Positions 14,767 to 20,130 of a stretch of DNA of 24,000 nt are shown piece by piece. The notes beneath the pieces were generated by a model. The model did no database searches and had not been told where the DNA came from. It saw only the letters and a program-made list of their open reading frames with translations. The translations under genes and the position numbers were made by a program. The stretch is from Collinsella sp. GTDB lineage: Bacteria; Actinomycetota; Coriobacteriia; Coriobacteriales; Coriobacteriaceae. Location of the stretch: the NCBI GenBank assembly GCA_036304065.1, contig JAXIZI010000035.1, positions 7,626-31,625 of the forward strand, written 5' to 3'. Numbering within the stretch: the first letter of the stretch is position 1; every line of letters starts with the position of its first letter.

Positions 14767-15282
14767 TTATCTTCTGAAGTCCTCGTTATCCCTTTTGCTT
14801 ATTGGGTGGCATATCGTCAGGGGTTTCCCTGTCATCTCGTCAGGGGTTCGGGCTGCAAACCCTGACGGTTCGTCACCCTTGTTCTCGGCGAACCCTGTCA
14901 TTTCGTCACCCTTTCGCGTCTGGAACCCTGACGAATCGTCAGGGGTTGCCAGCGCTCCGGGTGGCAGCCTCTCGCGCACGATGCGATAGCGTTTCGTGGC
15001 ATGCCCGCGCGCCGGGGCGTGCACACCGCATTCCTCGATGAGGCCCCGGTCGAGCAGGCCGCGGATGGCGCGGTGGGCGCTGCGCTCCTGCACGTTGAGG
15101 AAGCGGGCCAGGTTGCCCTTGCTCTCGAAGTAGTCGCACCCGCCGTCGCAGAAGCCGAAGATGCGCGCGTAGACGAGCAGGGGAAGGCCGGAGAGGCCCA
15201 GGTCCGCCATCATGAAGTGCCGTACCGCCGTGAACTCGCGCGGGGAGGGGCCGTCGCGCCCCCTCGGGCCTGCGGCCGCCAT
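14767..15282 (-). CDS. wHTH replisome-organizer/DnaD-like replication protein with a C-terminal 11-aa repeat region
   Basis: The start is set at ATG 15282, 6 nt after the upstream stop, with AAGGGA upstream. The core LLVYARIFGF...NLARFLNVQERSAHRAIRGLLDRGLI is wHTH-like. The gene sits directly upstream of the DnaC-like gene. An alternative start is at MMADLG. Confidence 0.6.
   Translation of the reverse strand: MAAAGPRGRDGPSPREFTAVRHFMMADLGLSGLPLLVYARIFGFCDGGCDYFESKGNLARFLNVQERSAHRAIRGLLDRGLIEECGVHAPARGHATKRYRIVRERLPPGALATPDDSSGFQTRKGDEMTGFAENKGDEPSGFAARTPDEMTGKPLTICHPISKRDNEDFRR
14814..14950. repeat. Iteron-like degenerate repeats with 33-bp periodicity
   Basis: TCGTCA(GGGG/CCCT)T occurs at 14814, 14837, 14870, 14903 and 14936, with the last four exactly 33 bp apart. 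AACCCTG(A/T)C occurs at 14858, 14891 and 14924, also 33 bp apart. A near-palindrome AACCCTGACGA-A-TCGTCAGGGGTT lies at 14924-14947. Confidence 0.85.
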
Positions 15283-15287
15283 CGGCG

Positions 15288-15536
15288 CTAGTCCCTTCTG
15301 GGCGAGCCGACGGCGCTGTTGCGCTCGACCCATGCGACGAGCTCGTCGTGCAGCACGATGCCGTCGCGCGTCTTGCCGCCGATGTAGCGGATCGGGAACG
15401 GGTCGTCGGGGTCCTTGGCGAGCCGGTACATGGCGTCGCGGCTGATGTGCAGCATCGCGCACGCCTCGTCGGCGCCGAATATCGCGTTGGTCGATGCGAT
15501 GAGCCTCACCTGGCTCCTGCTAGTGCTCTTGGTCAT
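15288..15536 (-). CDS. Small HTH DNA-binding protein (excisionase/AlpA-like family)
   Basis: 82 aa. The segment ACAMLHISRDAMYRLAKDPDDPFPIRYIGGK is typical of HTH_17-like proteins. Confidence 0.65.
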   Translation of the reverse strand: MTKSTSRSQVRLIASTNAIFGADEACAMLHISRDAMYRLAKDPDDPFPIRYIGGKTRDGIVLHDELVAWVERNSAVGSPRRD

Positions 15537-15542
15537 GGTCGT

Positions 15543-15566
15543 CCTCGAGCTCCTTTCGTCTCGAGG
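15543..15566 (-). promoter_or_regulatory. Hairpin enclosing the SD of the 82-aa HTH gene
   Basis: The minus strand reads CCTCGAG-ACGAAAGGAG-CTCGAGG, followed by ACGACC-ATG. The arms are 7 bp, with AAGGAG in the loop and GAGG in the 3' arm. Confidence 0.4.
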
Positions 15567-15614
15567 CTCCCTCGCGTGCCCGGCCGCGGGCGGCTCCCGG
15601 GGCGGTCGCCGCCG

Positions 15615-15833
15615 TCATTTCCTGCCGCTCCTCGACTCGATGTAGGCGTCCACGGACGCCCTCGAAACCAGGAGCTTCCTTCCGAGCCTGTACGAGTCGA
15701 TCTCTCCCGACCAGATGAGGTCGTACGCCTTGTTTCGGCTCGCCCTCATGTACTCCTGCATCTCGATCACCGTCATCCATTCGCCGCGATCTTGGTTGCC
15801 CTCGGGCGCGGCGCATTCGGCTGTGCGTGCCAT
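15615..15833 (-). CDS. Excisionase-family HTH protein (72 aa)
   Basis: The segment MTVIEMQEYMRASRNKAYDLIWSGEIDSYRLGRKLLVSRASVDAYIE fits the HTH_17/Xis pattern. The start is chosen at ATG 15833 after GGAGGAACC. It is the first gene of the ICE array. Confidence 0.65.
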   Translation of the reverse strand: MARTAECAAPEGNQDRGEWMTVIEMQEYMRASRNKAYDLIWSGEIDSYRLGRKLLVSRASVDAYIESRSGRK

Positions 15834-15952
15834 GGTTCCTCCAATCTTCCCGTGCGGCACCGCGCGAGGACACCGCACGACACCGTGTGCCTTTTCGTCT
15901 GCGCGACGATTGAACCGCCTGATGGCGCTTGGCGCGCACGGCGGGAGCGGAG

Positions 15953-15981
15953 ATGGGTCGAGGTGGGTCGAGCTGGTCGGG
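15953..15981. promoter_or_regulatory. Tandem 10-bp motif, site B (minus strand ...GCTCGACCCACCTCGACCCAT)
   Basis: Two CTCGACCCA(N) units plus a degenerate third lie about 120 nt upstream of the first ICE gene. They match site A. Confidence 0.5.
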
Positions 15982-16031
15982 CCTTCACGAAACGGCCATG
16001 AGCCGCGTGCCTTAGCTCGCGGCTAAGTCCC

Positions 16032-16062
16032 TGAAAAGTAAAAGGCGCCCATGCGGGCGCCT
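16032..16062 (-). terminator. Rho-independent terminator
   Basis: The minus strand reads AGGCGCCC-GCAT-GGGCGCCT (8-bp GC stem) followed by TTTACTTTTC. Confidence 0.7.
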
Positions 16063-16490
16063 GCCTAGTAGCTGGAATTGTTCGGTTGTGGTCGGAATGC
16101 TCGTATTCCGCGGTGCTGTCGTCCGGGGTCCGGCATCTGTCGTTCGCCTCTTCTGTCGTGTTTGATGTTGCGTGTTATGCGAGCGACCTTTCGCGGGCCT
16201 GCCGGCCCGTTGCCCCAGGTGCACCCGGGTAAATGGTACCCATCCGTTGGAACATGGACATCGCGGGAGGGCTGTTTGGGCAAGCTAGGATGGATGAGCG
16301 GCGGGGTTCTAAATGCAATAATTCGAGCTAAAGGGCCTTGTACTCTCTTTTGTAAAACGCGAGGGTGCAATAAACTCGACGATCCCCCTGAACCTTTTCT
16401 GAACGAATCAGCTCTTAGGCGGTATGACGCGACACGCATCGGTAGTGCTCGTACTGGGTTAGTCATCGAGTGGGTATAGAACATACGTTC
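16063..16490 (-). ncRNA. Candidate non-coding transcript (about 430-450 nt) of unknown class, or alternatively a long 3' UTR of the DUF2992 gene
   Basis: An extended -10 (TGCTATAAC, 16499-16507 on the minus strand) lies upstream and the terminator at 16032-16062 lies downstream. The only ORFs (16065..16484 minus, 16078..16479 plus) are mutually antisense, Arg- or Cys-rich, and lack an SD. Local hairpins occur at 16093-16110 and 16194-16209. Confidence 0.3.
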
Positions 16491-16571
16491 TGTATAACGT
16501 TATAGCACCAGGTGGCAGGCGTAGTTTCAATCGAAGCTACGCCTGCTGCTATATATGGGTTGATGGTGGTA

Positions 16572-16991
16572 TCAATGACCGCGATGCTTCTGTTTGCGCT
16601 TCAGTTTTCGCTGCTCGAAGCGCGCCTCCGCCTCATCCGCGCGACGCTGGCTTCTTGCTTGAGCCGATTCCCGCTTCATCGTCTCCCGCTGATTCGCGAG
16701 CGCCTGCTGCGCCTTGGTGCTCATCGCCGGCTGCTTGAGGGCTTTCGCCGCCTCGCGGGCGCGGCGCTTGGGGTTTTTTGCAGGCTCGCTCGCCTCGGCG
16801 GGATTGCCGCCGAAGAACGCGAGCTTCGCCCATTTGCTTGTAACGAATCGCAGGATCTCCTCATCGGACGGTTCTGCGCCGAAGACGATGCGGGCGACGC
16901 CGTACCTGCCGTCCTCGACATGCTCCGCCAGCCCGACCCAGAATTGGCCGTCGTGATATACGGTCAGGGTGGACGACACGCTGATCTGCAT
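16572..16991 (-). CDS. DUF2992 (YjdF-family) protein
   Basis: The N-terminus (MQISVSSTLTVYHDGQFWVGLAEHVEDGRYGVARIVFGAEPSDEEILRFV) plus a basic K/R-rich C-terminal tail is the DUF2992 pattern. The start is at the internal ATG after AAAGGAGGAACCAGCC. Confidence 0.8.
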   Translation of the reverse strand: MQISVSSTLTVYHDGQFWVGLAEHVEDGRYGVARIVFGAEPSDEEILRFVTSKWAKLAFFGGNPAEASEPAKNPKRRAREAAKALKQPAMSTKAQQALANQRETMKRESAQARSQRRADEAEARFEQRKLKRKQKHRGH

Positions 16992-17127
16992 GGCTGGTTC
17001 CTCCTTTATGTAGATGACCATGCAGAGAAGGGACAACCAAGGAGGCAGGTTACTGATGCGGACTCCCGCACGCCCACGACTACCCGACGGGGACTGTGTT
17101 TTCATCTCTGGTGGTTGGATTGTAGCA
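16992..17127 (-). promoter_or_regulatory. Promoter and about 120-nt structured leader of the DUF2992 gene (yjdF-riboswitch candidate)
   Basis: An extended -10 TGCTACAAT lies at 17119-17127 on the minus strand. The leader contains a perfect 7-nt anti-SD (CCTCCTT, 17039-17045) complementary to the SD (AAGGAGG, 17000-17006). Confidence 0.35.
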
Positions 17128-17196
17128 CGTGCGAATGCGCATTGACCTCGCTGCCGGCATGCTGTGATTGGGGTCGGAATTTCGAATTCTCGATAA

Positions 17197-17400
17197 TATG
17201 CCTACGTGCATCGCCCCTCAGTTTCGGAACTTAAAAACATCTCGAGTTTCGAAACCGAGAGGGAGCTCGCGCCGCTGCTATCCGTCAGGGATGCGTTCCC
17301 GAAGGTTCTCATCGCCCGCACGAGGCATGAACCCTATACCCGGGATGGTGTTCTCGTGCTGGACCTCGCGAGGTGGCTGCCCGGCAAGCAGGAGTTCTGA
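17197..17400 (+). pseudogene. 3' remnant (about 65 codons) of a DUF4143-type AAA+ ATPase gene
   Basis: The segment FETERELAPLLSVRDAFPKVLIARTRHEPYTRDGVLVLDLARWL resembles the extreme C-terminus of this ATPase family. An in-frame stop lies at 17194-17196. No ATG or SD is present, and the N-terminal part of about 350 aa is missing. Confidence 0.5.
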
Positions 17401-17435
17401 GCGTCATACGGGGATATCGCGGGATTCTGCCGGAT

Positions 17436-17463
17436 AAGAAAAAGCCGAGGGAAACGTCCCGGC
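17436..17463 (-). terminator. Second, weaker terminator-like hairpin downstream of the merR-family gene
   Basis: The minus strand reads GCCGGGACGTTTCCCTCGGC (imperfect stem) followed by TTTTTCTT. Confidence 0.35.
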
Positions 17464-17496
17464 ACTTGGAAGCCCTCCTGGCGGAAAATCAAATAA

Positions 17497-17531
17497 CCTC
17501 CGAACCTTCTGGTTCTGAGGCCTTCTTTTTG
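17497..17531. terminator. Bidirectional terminator between the ATPase remnant and the merR-family gene
   Basis: CCTCCGAACC-TTCT-GGTTCTGAGG (one mismatch) is followed by CCTTCTTTTTG on the plus strand and by TTATTTGATTTTCC on the minus strand. Confidence 0.6.
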
Positions 17532-17583
17532 TATGTCTGCCTAAAACGACTCCTCGCCAAAGCCCCTTGAGCATCGGGCGGCA

Positions 17584-18024
17584 TTATCGAGCGTGGGCGT
17601 TATCGTAGGTATCTTTGATCTCTTCCGGCAAATTGTCGGGAATCAGCGCCTTCAGTCTATCCTCGTTACCATCTTGGATCGCCTGCTCGTAGTACCAGCA
17701 TTTGAACCTCAGCATATCCAGCGCACGGTTCATGTTTGCGATCTCCGACTCCATGTGGGCCTTCCGCTCCTCGAACATGGCCTTGCGCTGGGGGTATGTT
17801 GATGGACCCTCTGCGCACCATTCCATGAACAGGCGGATGTCCTTGATCTCCATTCCCGCCTTCTTCAGGCATTCGATGACCCGAAGCGCCTCGAGTTCTG
17901 TATCGCCGAATCGGCGAATGCCGGACGTCCGCTCCAATTCCGGGAACAATCCCTGCTTGTCGTAATAACGCAGCGTGGAAACGGGCAGACCGAACATATC
18001 TGCTACCTGTCCGATTGTGTACAT
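17584..18024 (-). CDS. MerR-family transcriptional regulator
   Basis: The N-terminal HTH is MYTIGQVADMFGLPVSTLRYYDKQGL. A coiled-coil dimerisation region follows. SD GGAGGG is present. Confidence 0.9.
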   Translation of the reverse strand: MYTIGQVADMFGLPVSTLRYYDKQGLFPELERTSGIRRFGDTELEALRVIECLKKAGMEIKDIRLFMEWCAEGPSTYPQRKAMFEERKAHMESEIANMNRALDMLRFKCWYYEQAIQDGNEDRLKALIPDNLPEEIKDTYDNAHAR

Positions 18025-18055
18025 GGTCCCTCCGGACGAGTCTTGAATTAACTCA

Positions 18056-18086
18056 TTGACCTAAAGTTAGGTTTAGGTATTACCTT
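18056..18086 (+). promoter_or_regulatory. MerR-type promoter/operator
   Basis: TTGACC (-35) overlaps a dyad ACCTAAA-N6-TTTAGGT (18059-18078). Candidate -10 elements are TATTAC and TACCTT. The site lies in the divergent region between merR and the CMD-cupin operon. Confidence 0.5.
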
Positions 18087-18244
18087 CATTCTCGTCAATA
18101 TCAATTGGGAGCGCAAGGGGTGTTCAGTAATCGCCGGTCACCCCGCCCTTGAGCAGGCGCGACGAATGGGCATGGGAGTCTAGACGCGGCTTAGCTGCGC
18201 GGAAGCGGTTTTGTACTCAAAACCATCGACAGGAGGAATCAAAC

Positions 18245-19009
18245 ATGACGATTAAACAGACGGCGGGCAGAGATGCCCTGGGGGATTTTGCCCCCAAATT
18301 TGCACAGCTCAATGACGATGTGCTGTTCGGCGAGGTGTGGAGCCGAGAAGACAGGCTTTCCCTTCGAGACCGCAGCGTGGTGACGGTGGTTGCCTTGATG
18401 GCACAGGGGCTGACGGATTCTTCGTTCCAATACCATCTGATGTCCGCAAAGAACAATGGCGTGACCAGGGCGGAGATAGCGGAAATCCTTACGCATGTGG
18501 CGTTTTATGCGGGATGGCCCAAGGCGTGGGCGGCCTTTCGCATGGCGAAGGAGGTCTGGGCAGATGATGATGCCGCTGATGCAAGAGCTGAGCATCAAAA
18601 CGAGATGGCCTTTCCTATCGGTGTCCCCAACGACGCGTTTGCGAAGTACTTTATCGGGCAAAGCTACCTCGCGTCCCTTTCCACCGAGCAGGTCGGCATT
18701 TACAACGTTACGTTCGAGCCCGGCTGCCGCAACAACTGGCATGTCCATCACGCCAAAAGCGGTGGCGGACAGATCCTCGTCTGCGTGGCCGGTCGAGGGC
18801 TTTACCAGGAATGGGGTAAACCGGCACAGGAACTGCGCCCTGGCGACGTGGTCAACATCGCTCCGGGTGTGAAACATTGGCACGGTGCGGCGCCCGACAG
18901 CTGGTTCTCCCATCTCGCGGTGGAGGTTCCGGGCGAGGAGGCCTCCAACGAGTGGTTGGAGCCCGTGGACGACGAGCAATACCTTAAAGCGACTGACAAG
19001 GAGGCTTAA
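18245..19009 (+). CDS. Carboxymuconolactone decarboxylase-family (AhpD-like) domain fused to a cupin domain
   Basis: The start is at ATG 18245 after AGGAGGAATCAAAC. The CMD region reads VVALMAQGLTDSSFQYHLMSAKNNGVTRAEIAEILTHVAFYAGWP. The cupin region reads NNWHVHH...GQILVCVAG...GVKHWHGA. Confidence 0.85.
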   Translation: MTIKQTAGRDALGDFAPKFAQLNDDVLFGEVWSREDRLSLRDRSVVTVVALMAQGLTDSSFQYHLMSAKNNGVTRAEIAEILTHVAFYAGWPKAWAAFRMAKEVWADDDAADARAEHQNEMAFPIGVPNDAFAKYFIGQSYLASLSTEQVGIYNVTFEPGCRNNWHVHHAKSGGGQILVCVAGRGLYQEWGKPAQELRPGDVVNIAPGVKHWHGAAPDSWFSHLAVEVPGEEASNEWLEPVDDEQYLKATDKEA

Positions 19010-19011
19010 AC

Positions 19012-19983
19012 ATGGAACAGTTGAATCTGACGCAGGAATGGGACAAGGTATTCCCCAAAAGCGATAAGGTTGAGCACAGCAAGGCGACCTTCCACAACCG
19101 ATACGGCATCACGCTGGCGGCCGACGTCTACGTGCCAAAGAACGCGGAGGGCAAGCTGCCTGCCATCGCCGTCAGCGGTCCGTTTGGCGCGGTGAAGGAG
19201 CAAACGTCCGGCCTTTATGCGCAGAAAATGGCGGAGCTGGGCTTTTTCGCGATTGCCTTCGACCCGTCCTATACCGGCGAGAGCGGCGGTGTGCCCCGCT
19301 ATGTAGCATCGCCGGACATCAACACCGAGGATTTCTGCGCAGCGGTGGATTTCCTCTCCGTGCAGAATAACGTTGACACGGAGCGCATCGGCATCATCGG
19401 CATCTGCGGTTGGGGCGGCATGGCAGTCAATGCGGCGGCCATCGACACCCGCATCAAAGCTACCGCGGCTATGACGATGTACGACATGACCCGCGTGACC
19501 GCCAATGGCTATTTTGACGCCGAGGATTCTGAGCAGGCACGCTTCGAAAAGCGGAAAGCGCTGAATGTACAGCGCACCGAGGACTATAAAAACGGCAGTT
19601 ACGCGCTGGCGGGCGGCGTGGTCGATCCGCTGCCGGGGGACGCGCCGCAGTTTGTGGCGGACTATTACGCCTACTACAAGACTCCGCGAGGCTACCATCC
19701 CCGCAGCCTTGGCTCCAATGGCGGCTGGAATGTGACGTCCTCACTGTCGTTTTTGAATATGCCGATTTTGCAATATAGCAGCGAAATCCGCTCTGCTGTG
19801 TTGCTGGTGCATGGCGAGAAGGCGCACTCCCGCTATTTCAGCGAAACCGCGTACAGCAAACTGACCGGGGACAACAAGGAGCTGCTTATTATCCCTGGTG
19901 CCAGCCACACCGACCTTTACGATCAGATGGACGTCATTCCGTTTGGAAAGCTGAAAGCGTTCTTTGAGGAGTATTTGAAATAA
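19012..19983 (+). CDS. Alpha/beta hydrolase (dienelactone-hydrolase-like, Cys nucleophile)
   Basis: 323 aa. The nucleophile elbow is GICGWGG and the C-terminal region reads PGASHTDLY. The start lies 3 nt after the upstream stop, indicating an operon. Confidence 0.8.
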   Translation: MEQLNLTQEWDKVFPKSDKVEHSKATFHNRYGITLAADVYVPKNAEGKLPAIAVSGPFGAVKEQTSGLYAQKMAELGFFAIAFDPSYTGESGGVPRYVASPDINTEDFCAAVDFLSVQNNVDTERIGIIGICGWGGMAVNAAAIDTRIKATAAMTMYDMTRVTANGYFDAEDSEQARFEKRKALNVQRTEDYKNGSYALAGGVVDPLPGDAPQFVADYYAYYKTPRGYHPRSLGSNGGWNVTSSLSFLNMPILQYSSEIRSAVLLVHGEKAHSRYFSETAYSKLTGDNKELLIIPGASHTDLYDQMDVIPFGKLKAFFEEYLK

Positions 19984-20130
19984 GGCGTGCCTTGATTCAA
20001 TGCCAAGTCTCCAGCAACGATTCTTCTAAAGAGTGGAAGTAGCTGAAACGAGGCGACTGCATAGCTCCATCTGTTTTGGTTAAAACAAAAAATATGCCGC
20101 GCGCCTGCGGCATGAAGGAGGGAGATTCTT

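Larger units (their letters stand above)
1..16020. mobile_element. Partial conjugative element (ICE-like). It carries a T4SS module, an adhesin/sortase pair and a replication module. The left end is outside the window. The right boundary at about 16.0 kb is set by the composition shift; about 17.2 kb is an alternative.
   Basis: A contiguous minus-strand gene array with tight or overlapping junctions (ATGA overlap at 12620-12623; 2-12 nt gaps elsewhere). It contains the hallmark T4SS proteins VirB4, T4CP, PrgI, Maff2, a VirB6-like protein and a cell-wall hydrolase. GC content drops abruptly by eye right of about 16020. Confidence 0.8.

Noticed and set aside
12300-14950. A CRISPR array, considered because of the 48-bp and 33-bp repeats
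   Set aside because: Both repeat sets are in frame inside CDSs and directly abutting, with no unique spacers of regular length. No cas genes are nearby.
1-16020. Integrase, relaxase or oriT within the visible part of the element
   Set aside because: No ORF shows tyrosine- or serine-recombinase motifs or relaxase (HUH, MOB, Rep_trans) motifs. The two Xis-like HTH proteins are too small. No oriT call can be supported without knowing the relaxase family.
16065-16484. The 139-aa minus ORF and the 133-aa plus ORF (16078..16479) as protein-coding genes
   Set aside because: They are mutually antisense. One is extremely Arg-rich and the other has 11 Cys in 133 aa. Both use many rare codons, lack an SD and have no recognisable motif. 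The region is treated as non-coding RNA, UTR or decayed DNA instead.
16030-16500. tRNA, tmRNA, RNase P or SRP RNA as the identity of the RNA-like region (a classic ICE target)
   Set aside because: I could not find a T-arm/GTTCGA-type loop with an acceptor plus CCA end, the tmRNA 5' GGGG...TTCGAC or 3' CTCCACCA, the RNase P GGAAAGTCC / ACAGAA-CCCGGCTTA strings, or the SRP GGAAGCAGCC motif. A covariance-model search is still needed.
17627-17640. GGCAAATTGTCGGG as a fourth copy of the ICE palindrome
   Set aside because: Only the CAAATTGTC core matches. The arms are not complementary to each other, and the site lies in the merR-family gene outside the GC-rich element. It is probably coincidental.
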